From positions 191,764,555-191,828,554 of the forward strand of contig NC_068981.1 in NCBI RefSeq assembly GCF_001194135.2: a stretch of 64,000 nucleotides of DNA. Direction: 5' to 3'. Both the position numbers and the translations under genes were made by a program. The notes beneath the pieces were generated by a model that was given only the letters and a program-made list of their open reading frames with translations, had not been told where the DNA came from and ran no database searches. This stretch comes from Octopus bimaculoides. Taxonomy: Eukaryota. This document shows, piece after piece, positions 12,140 to 26,111 of this stretch; position 1 is the stretch's first letter, and the number at the start of each line of letters is the position of its first letter.

Positions 12140-12520
12140 TATCATCATCGTTTAACATCCGTTTTCCATGCTGGCATGGGTTGGACAGTTTGACTGAGGT
12201 CTGGAGAGCTGGCGGCTGCATCAGGCTCCAATCTGATCTGGCAATGTTTCTACAGTTGGATGCCCTTCCTAACGCCAAATACTCCGAGAGTGTAGTAGGT
12301 GCTTTTTATGTGCCACCAGCACAGGAGCCAGTCAGGTGGGCTGGGCATCAATCATGTTCAGATAGTGCTTTTTATGTGCCACCAGCATGGGAGCTAGTCA
12401 GCGGGTACTGATGTCGGCCATGTTCAGCTGGTGCCTTATGGGAGCCAGTCAGGGGTACTGGCATCGATCACATTCAGATAGTGCTTTTTACATGCCACCG
12501 GCACAGGAGCTAGTCATGTA
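12140..12520 (-). mobile_element. RTE 3' UTR/tail (family C) with internal ~50-bp tandem units
   Basis: catcatcatcgtttaacatccgttttccatgctggcatgggttggac... then repeats of gtgctttttatgtgccaccagca...gagccagtca. Confidence 0.9.
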
Positions 12521-13813
12521 TATGTGTGTGTGTGTGTGAACTGTAAGTTTATTTCATGACTTGAGTTTTGCATCACTCATATTCAACATACATATATCAA
12601 GCATTCTTCTCTCTCATTCATCTGACATCAATCATTGTGTGTGTGTAAATGCAAGGGCAGCTGAGTGATTGAGAATTTTGCTGTGTAACCATGAGGTCTT
12701 GCATTCAATGCCACTGTATGGTATTTTGGGCAAGTGTCTTTTACCAGAGCTCAGTCAGTTTAAAGCCTTCCTAGTAACATTGTGTCAACAAAAATTGTGG
12801 AAGCCTTTCTGAAGGATTGTATCAACCTTGTCGCACATTCTCACAGTAATTCTGTCTGAGTATTATGTGAAAGGCAAATGTCTGTCAAATACTCAGCCAC
12901 CTGTACTATTATACAATGTGTAGGCACTTCAGTTGTTTGAACATCTGGAGTATTTGTTGAAACCAGCAAAGGACCGTTTTACATTTTCTAAACACACACA
13001 CACACATTCAGTCTCTTGTACAGGGTAATTTAAAAGTCCCTTTAGCATTGAAACGATATATAAATTTTGATTTTCCTTTTGTTACAATTTTGATGTCAAT
13101 ATTTTTTGATGGAGTTCACCAACGATTGTTTCTCAGCCTCCTCTTGTTTACCATGGTCCTCCAAGCCATAGTCCAGTGCTTGTATGTTTCATTTGGCTCA
13201 GGCTTTACAGCTGGATGCTCTTTCTATCACCAACCACTTTATGAAGTGTACGGGACGCATTTTCTTTTTACTCCAGTACTGGTGACTTGGAATAGTCCTC
13301 AGTGAATCAGGACTGTTGGGACCTTACAGCTCCTTGCTTTCTCTGCTCATCTACCAACAACTGTACAGGGTGCATCTTTCATGGCATCAGCACTAGAGAG
13401 GTTCTGATGATCACTCGTTCCTCTAAATGTGATATGATTTGGTTGCTTTCAGTTGTGTCACCAGCACTAGTGATAGGATGATAGGTGCCTTGAAAGGGTT
13501 CAGATTGTGTCCCTCTAACAGCATGCCTCCATTTGGAAATCTTTTCCATTAGTGTCTACTTACAAATTAGTAGCAGTCCTCAAATCAAAAGTAGTGTATT
13601 GATTTACTCTGGGGCCAGAAACAACTTAAACTTTACTTCCCCCAAAGTCCAAGTAGTTTTGAATGTATCCAGTGTTGTTAATGTTTTCTGTAGCCATATG
13701 TTTCTAAGATTTGTAGCATATTGATTAAATATTTTCTTAAAGTTTAACAGTTATTATACATCATTATTTAATCCTTTACTAGTTCAGTTACCTACACTGG
13801 AACATCACATCAT

Positions 13814-14196
13814 TTATTATCTCTGCCTTAGTGAAGGCGGAGGTATTGTTTTCAGTTGTGCTTGTTTGTTTTGTTTGTTTGTTTGTTTGTGGACAAGATA
13901 TCTCAAGAACTGCTGGATGGATTCAGATGAAAATTTCAGGGATGTTTGGCCTCGTGACTGGCATGAACTCATTAGATTTTGGGGTTGATCTTGTATCAGA
14001 CAAGGATTCTGGATTATTTTTCCTGTTTTTTTACTTAATTTTTGAGAGCGGTTGGATTCATTTTCAGTATTCTCATTTGTGAGAGCAGTTGAGTTTATTT
14101 CAGATATTCTCATTTAAAAAACCATCTCTGGCTTATCATTGAGAGGATGTTGGTGTTGCCTTGGCAAAGGTTTACACTCTCTGAATGTTCTTGGTT
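13814..14196 (+). mobile_element. non-autonomous Helentron / HINE (DINE-1-like)
   Basis: 5' hairpin ctctgcctt-agtg-aaggcggag, (TTTG)n microsatellite, conserved body gatatctcaagaactgctggatggattcagatgaaaatttc, and 3' ggcaaaggtttacactctctgaatgttcttggtt. Confidence 0.7.
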
Positions 14197-15561
14197 ACAT
14201 TTGTTATAATCTAGATTAGATTTTATGACCCAATATGAAGATAACAGAAATGATCTTGAAAATACTATGTTTAATAAAATATAAATATTTTAATGTGAAT
14301 CCCAAAATAATTGATCTTTTTGTCAATAGTGCAAAAATATAAAAATCTATAATTGAGGTAATTTCCTTAGAAATATTAATATTGGACAAACTGCTTCCAG
14401 AAATTCTAATTGGAATTAGGTTTGTTTTGACTATGTGCTGGCGTTCAAGAATTCTTTTTAATATAACTCGAGTGTTGCAAAGTAATTTGAATTAAAAAGT
14501 CAGACAATTTATACAACTTCCAATGTTCTGTTACATATTTTTTAAATACAGTTATTAGAGATCAGCTAAGTCTACATGGATTTTTCTAAATCTTATTGAG
14601 GAAATAATTACAGATGCATTATATGGATAAAAACTCATTAGTTTATGGCCTGTTTCATTTGGATGTTTGAATAACATTCTGAAATTCTACGTATGTTACA
14701 TATACTTACACACTTGTCATATAGAACATATTACTGGTGTATGATTTACATAAGATTACAAAACACTGAAAACAATTTAAATAGTAGTAGGAATATAAAA
14801 ATCTTGTTTGTAATGCTGGACTAATAGATTTGGGTGCAACCATGTCTGGCTATATGTAGACATATGAAAGGTAATTCTTTCTTTCAGTTTTTTCTTCTTT
14901 TTTCTTTTTTAAGAATGGAATATATGATGTGAGATGGGGCAGTGTATTGATTTCTAACACATTGCAAGTTAAGAAATAAAAAATTTTCTCATAAATGTAA
15001 AATATTTAAGGAAATTGGTATGAGGAATGAATGCCAACTATATAGTATGAAAGTATTTTTTTTATAGGGGTGATATATAGCTGAAGCGTTAAAAGTGGAT
15101 TCTTTTGACTTGTATCTATGAAGTGAAATAGTTTTTTCTATTTTCAAGTGGCATCTATTATCAGACATGGTTACTTTGACATAATTGTACAGAGCTAAAG
15201 AGAGCTAAAGTGAGAAAAGACAAAAAACAAAACAAAAAACAAAAATTACTAAGATGGTCTAGCTAAGTGCCAGACAACTAATTTATAACTTTGACAGTGA
15301 GATAGAGATAAGTTTATTTTTGGGGGGGCAAACCCAGCTGGAAAATGCATTTCATTCATACATTTTTAGAAATTATATACCCACAATCTTTTTTTTATAT
15401 TTTTCTGGGGAATTAAGATGTTTTGCATTTTTAAACTGTTTTAGACACATTTTTTTCTTTGCTAGCATGGGTGAGATGTTTCTTTCCTTTAAATTTGGAT
15501 AGCTGCCTGTTTGAACTTGAATTTTTTTTTTTAATAACTAGATGTTACAATAATTGAAAGG

Positions 15562-15615
15562 TTAAGGTGTTCTGTATATCTTTACATATTAAGGTGTTCT
15601 GTATATCTTTACATA
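15562..15615. repeat. 27-bp perfect tandem duplication
   Basis: ttaaggtgttctgtatatctttacata twice. Confidence 0.95.
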
Positions 15616-15639
15616 TTACCAATTTTTAATCATTGTAAA

Positions 15640-16020
15640 CAGGCTGTGTGCTTAAAAAGTTTGCTTCCTGTCCACATGGTTTTGGGTTCAGTCCTACTTT
15701 GCGGTACATTCAGAGGATGTCTTCTACTGTAGCCTTGAGCTGACCAAAGTCTTGCGAGTGGATTTGTTAGATGAAAACTAAAAGAAGCCTGTTGTGTGTG
15801 TGTGTGTGTCTCCTTCTCTTGACATTGCATGATAATTATGAATGTCACTGTCATACAAGTGGTGATGTTTCCAATCTTCTGTGAAAGCATGACTGGTCTT
15901 GGGAAAATATTACCTTGCATAGAACAGGTGATGGTTAGCAACAGGAAGAGCACCTGGCTACTGAAAATCTATCTCTGAATTCTGCAAGCATGGAAATATG
16001 GACATGAAAATAATGATGAT
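15640..16020 (+). mobile_element. SINE family B2 (tRNA head, (TG)n, RTE-type tail)
   Basis: Family B head; ends gcaagcatggaaatatggacatgaaaataatgatgat. Confidence 0.85.
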
Positions 16021-16879
16021 ATAAATAAACAATATTCAAATATTGTATTTAAGTAAGAAGGCAGTTCTCGTTTCAGTATAGATGTTATACTGCTCACATA
16101 TATAAAACTCTGCACTCACAATCACCAAACATACGTCTCTCTTTTAACCTATTAACTTTATTAGGTCTCACCATACAGATCATGCATTATATGCTCCTTC
16201 CAGTCCTTTCTCTTCATTACTGCAGCCTCCTAGAATCTCTCTCCCCTCCCACACAAATTTTTAAACCATTCGAATTGAGCATCAATTCCATTAATTCAGT
16301 ATTCTTAGAGAGTCTGAAAAAGTTACAATTACTGACCTTCTCCAACTATCTTGTAAGAGAAAAAAAAAGCATGACAATTTAAAACAACTTTGCTTACATA
16401 ATGCTTGCTTTTTAACAATGTCTACACCCAATGTTCATATCTTGCCGCAAGTATCTTCCATCATACACTTAGCTTTGTGAGTGAGATTTGGTAGTCAGAA
16501 ACTTTATGAAATCCCATCAGATGTGCATGTCATCATCGTGTGTATTGAAATTAGAATATGAGTAATATATTTCATTTTCCATGAGGAGAAACTTGACTGA
16601 TGATGAGCCAATATCCTATAAAATTTCATTTTATAAGTCATTGCCTTTAGTAATTTCCTTCAAAATTTAACATGGAGACATTAAACCATGTAAATATCTG
16701 AAAAGTTGAATATGGATAATAAACTTGTGTACAAAATTAACTTCTGTTTGATTAACATAATCTGCTGTCTCTATTTTTTTGTTTTGTTTTGTAAAATGAT
16801 ATTTAGTATATGGCGCTATATGAACACAAACATACATATATACATGCATGTGCACAAATATATGCTATGGTTGTTTGCA

Positions 16880-17170
16880 TGAGTGATAAAGTACAAATGA
16901 GCTAAGAGAAGCTGGATATAAGATGAATCAGGTATAGTGTGCAAGAGAGAAGACCATATTGATACAAACATGTGATATGTATGGAGGATGACACTTTTAT
17001 AAAGATATGCCAGCTGTTGAAAGTGGATGGAATATTTTGAAAAGGAAGACCTGTGACAAAATGAAATCCAGATGTTGAGCCTCGCAGAAGAGATGACGAA
17101 GGACAAATGCAATTGGTGATCTGTGGTTCTAGAGGTGACCCACCCAAATGTGCAAGCATGACAAAATGAA
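16880..17170 (+). mobile_element. RTE LINE ORF2 C-terminal relic
   Basis: Translates ELREKLDIR*IRYSVQERRPY*YKHVICMEDD...KVDGIF*KGRP, a decayed LRW.GHV.RM...GRGRP motif. Confidence 0.7.
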
Positions 17171-19154
17171 TATTAAAAGTGTGATAATCATGCAGGCTAG
17201 ATGAATATGTTGATTTGAGTCTCTCACCCCATATGCTACTTGTTAAGTTTCCATCTGCATGTCCCTCTCTTTGATAGCTTCTTTCCTATTTACTACGCTG
17301 CTTTTATAATGGAGAGTTGCATTGGATCTCTCTGTTCATTCCTATCACATTCCTTGTCACTCTCCTCATCTCTCTCATCATGAAGCTTGCATAACTGGTG
17401 ATTGCTTCATATCTGTTCATGTCTGCTATGCTCTTCTCATCAGACTTCTGTACTGCTAGTCATCAGGCCCTCTCCCTCTGACCATTCATTACCGACATTT
17501 ATCACTTGTCTGCCATCACCTATTTCTACTACTATCTGTAATTTGAGCTCTCTCTTACCAGTGTGTAGCTGCCATCACTACCTCTCTTCCATCACTCCAT
17601 CTCTATCTTTTATTATTTTCTCCAACATTGTCACTTCTATTATTCCTTCCTCTATCCTTCCCTTACCTCAATCACTCTGCTTCTTCCATCATACTCTCAA
17701 ACTCTTAACCTTGTTCATTTGATTTGTGGGCTCGAATCAGCTCCAGTCAAGCACACCTATCAACACATAGCTAGTTAACTGAGTGACTAGGTTGATCACT
17801 TATTGTAAATATACCATATCTATTCAGTTGACAACCATGTTACACAATCCAATATGCATTGATTAATCACATGGGTAACAGTCTGGCCATGTTGTGCAAT
17901 CTCCACTGACCAGTTTATCTCTGTAGGTTTGAAGGTTCTGGTGTTAGCCACAACAATGAGATGAAATCAAAGCACATCAGTCACTGATCCTCTTGCACTG
18001 GATAATGAATTTTAGAGAGGGTTTGTAAAGAAAGGAAAAATGAATTCTGTTTTCTGAATTATTACCATTGGGCTGTGTAGGTTCTATTGATAGTAAAAGC
18101 CTGATGGAGGCTCTGTCAATTATAGCTGTAGGTTAACCATGCTTGGGAAAAAAGTTATGTATTTCCTTTGATTTTGAAATAGGATGCTATAGCCTATTGC
18201 ACAATGTTCATAGGCTAAGATACATTGCTAAGTTTCTATGAAGTTTCATAACTAAACCATAGTAACATCTCTGTTTCACAGCTGACTGCTTAGTAGAGAG
18301 GGTGTCGTAGATTATAAACACTTGTTCAGGTCTAAATTTGAAAAAGAATCATAATGGCATTAAAAAAAAAAAATAGGTACAAAACAATTAAAAAAAAATT
18401 TTTTTCAAAGTATTTCTATTATTTTTGGTTATCACCAGAGAAATAACATTTAGAAGTAACATTTAAAGCTATTTACAGTATAACTTGCTTGGAAAAATAA
18501 ACAATTCTTTCTACTTGATGAAACTGAAAGAACTGAAAATATCACTGATTTCAAAGATGCTGCTGTATATGACAAGTCATGCTTGAATAAGCATAACCAT
18601 ATATAATTATTTAGGATATGAAACAAAGTAAAATGTCTGTAACCATTTTGATACCAACCCACCCAAGATTGTCACTGGTTCTATGATGCAAATTTTTTAT
18701 GTAAAGCGAGCTGAATTAAACTTTCCATAAAATTGTTCCAAACACCAGCCACTTTACTAAATTCAGTAAAACTAGTGGGACCTGTGGAAATTCTACATAA
18801 TGGAAAAAATTAAGAGGACTTATTTAAGAGAGAAAGAATGGTTTACATCTTTATAGCATTCATAGTTTAGTTTTCTTTAAGTATTCTTGATGTTCATCTA
18901 CATTCATTTCTTCTCGTCACCGTTAGTGCTGTCTTTTACCTCTTTTTATTATACTTTTTTTGCTGTTTCTCTCAGATCCATGCTCTATATCTGTGCATCC
19001 TTTCTTGGACAGCTTGCAACCGTGTTTCTTGTGAATCCAGAGTCTAGGCTAAATTAACCCTTATAAACAAATATCAATCTTTTAAGTGAGCAGACAATAA
19101 ACAATTGCACTTGTGCACACGCTTTAAGCAATGGTTACTATAAAAAAAAAATGA

Positions 19155-19279
19155 ATACAGTTCTATATTTAAGAGATGAGAAATTATGTACATTATTTAC
19201 AATTGATGGATATTTGCCCTCATCTTGTTTGTTGTTAACACAATGTTTTGGCTGATATACCCTCCAGCCTTCATCAGGC

Positions 19280-19312
<33 letters not shown>

Positions 19313-19460
19313 TTGAAAAATACCTTAGGAATGAGAACCCAGGTTCAAAATTTCCCCAATACACCTGATGAAAGCTGGAGGGTATATCAGCCGAAACGTT
19401 GTGTTAACAACAAACAAGATGAGGACAAATATCCGTCAATTGTAAATAATGTAAATAAAA
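19155..19460. mobile_element. inverted pair of Penelope-like LTR fragments
   Basis: 89-bp arms 19190-19278 and 19364-19452 with 5 differences, an 85-nt spacer with (TAA)n, and the ctgatga...ccgaaacgtt signature. Confidence 0.7.
19361..19404 (+). ncRNA. minimal type-I hammerhead-like motif (variant)
   Basis: Stem I acac/gtgt, CUGAUGA 19365-19371, stem II (a)gctg/cagc(c), GAAA 19393-19396, palindromic ACGU stem III, GUU cleavage triplet; extra A after the core. Confidence 0.5.
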
Positions 19461-19974
19461 AAAAATTAGCTCAATAAAAAAAAATTCTTTTCACTATCAA
19501 CACACCACCACCACCACTATCTGCCTTTCTCTCTCTCAATATAACTGCTTCCTCTGTCCATCTCTCTCTATCTATCTTTCCCTTCAGCTAACTTTTTAAC
19601 CATGTAAGTATTCTTTCCCGACTACACCATACATCATTAACACTTCTCTCTCCCTCTTTTCTCTCTCATCTTTTCCTCCTGTTCTTTGCCTCTACTTTCA
19701 GCTGACCATGTAAACATTTAGCCTAAGTGTATTAATATTAATCACTTTTTCTCTACTTCTTCCTCTCCTCTTTCTTCACTCCTCCCTCTCTTACTCACTC
19801 CACCTCCACAATTAACTAATGTATAACAGATGAACAAACAAGCAGATTATTATATAGATGGCAGCCATTTTACTAAATTCTTATCTTCAAAACTAATTGA
19901 AACAAAGAACAAAGGCAGTGTATTTCAACAGAAATATGATGATGAAAGGATTAAAATCATTTGCAAAGATGAAA

Positions 19975-22020
19975 CTGTAATCATCATCATCATCATTTAC
20001 TGCCTGTTGGCCTTGCTGACATGGGTCAGACAGTTTGACCAGGGTTGGTAAGCAAAGGGCTTGCACCAGACTCCAGTTTGATCTGGTGTGGTTTCTATGG
20101 CTGGATGCCCTTCCTCGTGCCAGCCACTCTGAGAGTGTAATGGGTGCTTTTACATGGCACAGGTGCCAGTCACATGACACCAGTGTCTACCACAACTACG
20201 ATTTCACTTGACTTGACGGGTCTTCTCAAGTACAGCATATTGCCAAAAGTCTCAGTCATTTGTCATTGCTTCCATGAAGCCCAGCACTCGAAAGGTGCTT
20301 TTTACATGCCATTGGCACAGGTGCTAGTTACGCAACACCAGCATCAGTCACATTGCCTCTATGAAGCACAATGCTCGAAAGGTGCTTTTTATGTGCCACT
20401 GGTACAGGTCCTAGTTATGTCATTGCTTCTGTGAGGCCCATCTTTTAAAGATCATACTTCACCACCTCTTCCCATGTCTTCCTCGATCTCCCTCTTCCAC
20501 AGCTTCCTTCCACTCATAGAAATCAGCACTTCACACAGCTGGTCACATCCATACACATTACATGACCATACCAATGCAGTTGTCTCTCTTGCACATCACA
20601 TCTGATGCCTCTTATGCCCAACTTTTCTCTCAAGGTACTTACACTCTGTCATACATGCACACTGACATTGCACATCCAGCGGAGCATACTAGTTTCATTT
20701 CTTTCAAGCCTACGTCCTCAGCAGTCACAGCCCATGTTTTACTGCCATGTAGCATGGCTGTTTGCACACAGGCATCATACAACCTGCCTTTCACTCTGAG
20801 GGAGAGGCCTTTGTTACCAACAGAAGTAGGAGCTCTCTAAATTTTTCCCAACCTATTCTTATTCTAGCAGCTATGCTCTCAGAGTATCCACCACTGCTAC
20901 TGATTTGGTCACCTAAGTAACGAAAGCTATCAACTACTTCTTGTTTTCCCCTTTGGTATTTGATGTAGTCTACTTTCTGTACACTTTTAGTGTTTATTGT
21001 ACCTGTGCACTTTCAACACACAAAAACTAGTTCCCCTGTTAACCTTCCTTTGATATTGCTGCACCTCTTATGTGTCCATTGCTTACACCGGGTACATCTT
21101 ATGGAACTTCTACCTACATCTTTCCTACAGATCAAGCAGGGGCATTTACCTGAGGAGATTTGTGATTTCTCTGCCTTCCTAGTTTACTTACTAAGACTTT
21201 GGTTTTTGCTAGGTTTACTCTAAGGCCCTTTGATTCTAGACTTTGTTCCACACCTGAAACTTCTCTAATTCTGGTAGCAATTCATTTATAAGAACAAGAT
21301 CATCAGTATAAAGGAGCTCTCAGGGGCAGCCTGTCTTAAATTCCTCTGTTATTGCCTGGAGGACTATAATGAACAAGAGGGGGCTGAGGACTAATCCTTA
21401 GTGAACCCCACATCTACCCGGAATTCTTTGCTATACTCATTGCCAACCCTCACCTTACTGACAGCTTCCCTGTACATGGCTTGTACAACTCTCACCAACC
21501 ACTCTTCTTTCCCTAGTCAACAAAAGCCAAGTACAGAGGTTTATCTTTGGCTAGGTATTTCTTCTGCAGCTGCCTTACCAGAAATATAGTGGTGCTTCTC
21601 TCTTGCACAAAACCAAATTGTATCTTATGTAGACTAACTCTCTCCCTAATTAGTTGGGCTATGACCCTCTTTGTGATTTTCATCACCTGTTCCAATAACT
21701 TGATACTTCCTGTAATTATTTCTATCTAAGGTGTCACCTTTACCTTTGTAGCAGTTGACCATGGTGCTGTTACACCTGTCATTGGGTGTGACTCCTTTGT
21801 GTACCATCTGGTTAACTATACGGGTGACTAGACCATAACCTATGCCACCAGATATTTTAAGCATCCCAGTGGTGTTTCCTGGTGGGCTGGGGGATTTCCC
21901 TGTCTTCATATCCTTAATTGCTTTATCTGCCAAGGTACTGTCAATTCAGATAGCTGGTCCTTCAGTCTGATCAACATTTGGCAGATTCTCCTTCTCCCAT
22001 TCATTCTCTTGAACATATCA
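19975..22020 (-). mobile_element. 5'-truncated RTE LINE (RT, C-terminus, 3' UTR, (GAT)n tail)
   Basis: Reverse strand: DKAIKDMKTGKSP...NCYKGKGDTLDRNNYR, QFGFVQERSTT, GVH*GLVLSPLLFIIVLQAI...ELLYTDDLV, GSCGRGRSRKTWE, then the family C UTR. Confidence 0.92.
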
Positions 22021-22704
22021 AACCCTATAATTAATAATTTTATTCTATTTCTCTGTTTATAACAAATTATGTTTGGATTAATGTACAGGATGATATTAAA
22101 CATACATTTAAAATATTTGTTCTTTTGGTGTAGGATTGAAATTATTTGAAATTTATTTTGTTAAACAAATCAATAGAAAAATGATTGAGTATTATCTGAA
22201 GTTTGAAGTAATTTTGAAACTTTTTCCAATTATATAGTTATCTTGCTCTATAAAATTGACCGTTGAATTTATATTATTTTTCAGTTAAATTACTTTTATC
22301 AATTTTCAGTCTGTAATTATAGATTAGTGATACTATTTCATGTTAGAATTACTGATTTCTGTCTTAGCTGCAAATTGAATTTTTGTAAACTGAAGAATAT
22401 AGTCAATGGAATCGACCTTTCAGTGGTAGATTGAATTTGTTGCCCAGTTTAACACCATCACCTGGCACATTGTGTGCCTTTAACAATGTCCACTCTGTTG
22501 TATTTGGGCTAGGTCTTTGGTTTGAGGATATCTTCCTTCTCCTTCCCACCAGTCTTGGAGGCCGTGTAAAGAATCATATCAGTGCCTTCTCTCCTGACTG
22601 AAAGAAAAAAGAAAATCTTTATTTTAGAAGGGTGAAACTGGATTTTATGATCACAAGATTTGAATTTGGAATATAATGGGATGAAATAGGTATAGGTTTA
22701 TGCT

Positions 22705-22850
22705 ATAGGCCCAGGTGTGGCTGTGTGGTTGAGAGGTTTGCTTCCCAACCACATGATATCAGGTTCATTCCCACTGCATGGCTCTTCTACTACAGCCTCG
22801 GCTTAATCGAAGCTTTGAATGCATTTGGTAGGCAGAAACTGAAAGAAGCC

Positions 22851-22882
<32 letters not shown>

Positions 22883-23150
22883 AATGTATGTGTGTGAGTG
22901 CATGCACATTTGTGTCTCTTTGTCTTGACATCATATAATACTTGTAAACGAGCGTCACTGTCATGCAAACAATGTCATTCATTTCCAATATTTTGTGAGT
23001 ATGTGGCTGGCCATTTGGAAATATTACCTTGTTTGGAACCGGTGAAGGTTAACATCAGGATGTGTATCCAGCTGTAGAAAATTTGCCTCCATAAACTTTA
23101 TCTAATCCATGCAAACCTGAAAAAGTTGACATGAAAAAAAATGATGAGGG
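22705..23150 (+). mobile_element. SINE family B2
   Basis: ggtgtggctgtgtggttgagaggtttgcttcccaaccacatg...(TG)n...catccagctgtagaaaatttgcctc...aaagttgacatg. Confidence 0.85.
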
Positions 23151-25689
23151 AAGGTTCTATGAATTACTTCCGATTTCTATGCTGGCATAAGTGGAACAAG
23201 TATTACTGTACTTTTAGATGGATCAGAGTATGACTACATCTTGTACATAAGTTTCAATTTTGACTTAGTTTCTCTTGTTGGATGCCCTTTGTATTTGTGT
23301 GGATTCCTGTCATTAGTCTGTCTTAGTATCATTTTTTAGGCAGGTTGAATGTGGAAAATAGCTCAATTAGCAGAACACTGGACAAAATACAGTATTTAGT
23401 CTAGGATCTAAGTTTAAATCCTACAGAGGCCACTTTTGCTTTCATCCTTCTAATGTCGGTAAAGGAAATCAAGTACAGGAGTTGATTAACACATTTACCA
23501 TTCCATGAACATTTTTGGCCTTGTTCTCAATGCAGAAATCCTTATTAACTCTTAGATTAATGATATAATTTCTCAGCATGTTTCATTGTTTTGGGGCTAT
23601 TTTAACAAGAGTAAAACAATAACAATTATTTCTCCTCTCAAAATACTTCACGCATTTCTTCTCAAGTAAATAATTCATGCTATTAATTTATTATGTTGGC
23701 AGTTTGATGGTTTGTTTCTGTATTTTAAGTATTCATGTACATAATTCTTTATAATAATTTTATATTTTTCTTTCATCTTTGGTAATGTTCTTTATTATAT
23801 AGTTGGTGGGCAAAAATCGTCCAGAAGTCCACTGAATATGTGTGTGTGTATGTGTGCCAAAACAATGAAGTGTGGGTGTTTGTGTTTTTCTATCTGTGTT
23901 TTGATATTGTTTACACACTTAACAAACACAACAAAATAGTGATACTAGTCAGAGGTTGTCGATATTTATGTATGCTGTGTTTGTCCTGTTGTATAGTTTA
24001 TCAAGTGAAAGATCAAAGGAGGAAACGTCTTACATGGAAACAAGTAAGGATTGGCTACAAGAAAGGCAACCAACTATCGAAAAGTATACCAGCATATCTT
24101 ATCTAACCCATGCCAGTATGGAAAAAGTAGCTGTAAAAATAATGTGCGTGTGTGCGTGCGTGCACACACACACACACACACACACACACGCATACACGTA
24201 CTAGTTATTTACATTTAGGTGGAGTGGATCATTGACAGCTAAGTGTTTTCAACTAGTACAGGATACAAACTGTCAATTCATTGACAGATTGACCCTGGCA
24301 AATGTAAGCCTGGCTCCTGGTTTTGATTACCAGCTGGAATAGCTTTAATGACAGTTCCTAATGTAACTGAGAAAGGTATGAACTTTTCAGCAGCACAATT
24401 TCCTTATTCCTCTTGCAAACCAGAGGCTATTAATTATGTAAGAAATTGCCTTCAATATATTATGCTATTTTCTTCATTTTCCCCTACACTGAACTGGTAT
24501 CCTCTGCGTCTAACTCATTCCTTGTCTCTAATTGTCTGTCACACTATTTTTACTCAGTGCTCTTCCTACACATCCACATTTTCCACTTTTCTGTCCTATT
24601 CTGTCTCATATTCATTTACCTAGACCTCACATCTCTTTCTTTCTGTCTCTCACTTTCCTGGTGGGCAAGCCATGCATTCATCTCTTCAGCAAGAAGGAGA
24701 TTGAGAAAGCCATGTGTAGAAATGGTGAAAATGGTTCTTAAGATGCAAACCTCACATAGGAGATGACAAAGGAATGCAACAAATAGTATGGTAGTGTTGG
24801 AATGCACCTATCCGACCAATGAAAGTATGGAAAGCAGATGTAAAAATGATGATGAATATGGTGATATTTGGTGGATATCTGAGGAGTATGTCTGCATTTG
24901 TTGTGTTTTTCCTGTTTTTCTGTCTGCTCCTTTGTTGTCTCCCTGCACCAGATTTTTACTTATATATGTTATAAAATTCCCTCTCTACCTATAGATTTCC
25001 TGTAGTTGTCAATTTGCAGTAGTTCAAAAATATCGACTGTATTATTAATCTCACTGGTCTTTGGCAATGGTTCACTTACTAACATAGTAGCTCACTTTCT
25101 CTCTTTGCTTCTTGTATTACAACATTCTTTCATCCTAGCTTACTGCAGGGCCTCTCTGCTATGGTTTCTCACAGGCCCATCCAACACACCCATGCCCCCC
25201 ACTAGGTCTTATTTCCCAGATTCCATCCTAAACGTTTGGCCCAGTTATTCCTGCAGTCTTTGACCCAAGAGATGCTCGAATTGAACATTATTTGTATCAG
25301 TCACACCAGTGAAGGAAATTCTGGAAAGGTCATAAAAAAAAAAATGGCCTATTTGTTTTTTTAGCCAAGTCCAGATATGGTCAACCTTTTCTCTTCTTCT
25401 TTTGTATTAACATTGGATATCTGAAAACAGTCTTAAATACTTTGCTTTGCTCTATTATGACTGTACCTTGTATTAGATCTGATCTATGTTATAATCATAT
25501 GTTTGATTGTGAAGTGTAGATATTTACTTTACATCCATGTGATTCCAAGTTAGATCCCAATGTGTAGCATCTCGAGTATTTTCTACCATTGACTCAGGCT
25601 GACCAATATTTTGGTTGCTGTGGGAGTCTGTGATATTTGTGGTTTCTTTTATGTCCTTTTTTTAGCATTTGCTTTTTCCACAGAATGGC

Positions 25690-25815
25690 CTAGTGAGACT
25701 ACATCAGATACCCTTCATGATGAAGTACCATACAAATAAAGTACTTTATCCTGTCCACATCTCTGCACATAAAAAATACCACTGCCAGAATGGTATCAGT
25801 GCAAAGATATTTATA

Positions 25816-25874
<59 letters not shown>

Positions 25875-26010
25875 TTCTGTCCACCAAATTTCAACAACAA
25901 ATTACTGATCAGCTTTAGGCTGTAGAAGACTCCTAAGGTGCCAACAGGGTTGAACTTGAAACCATGTGATTGCAAAGTGATCTTCTTAACCATATAGTCA
26001 TGCCTATGTG
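25690..26010 (-). mobile_element. SINE family B with (CA)n tract
   Basis: (CA)n 25817-25870 followed by the reverse complement of the family B head. Confidence 0.7.
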
Positions 26011-26075
26011 TTTGTCTGTGTATCTTTATATTGGCAATGTCTATGAACATATGAACACCAAGAAAATTGAAAAGC

Positions 26076-26111
<36 letters not shown>

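Noticed and set aside
12290-12520. Regularly spaced ~50-bp repeats resembling a CRISPR array (also 20130-20410, 40990-41230, 57520-57790)
   Set aside because: Eukaryotic context, no unique spacers and no cas genes; these are tandem units in the RTE 3' UTR.
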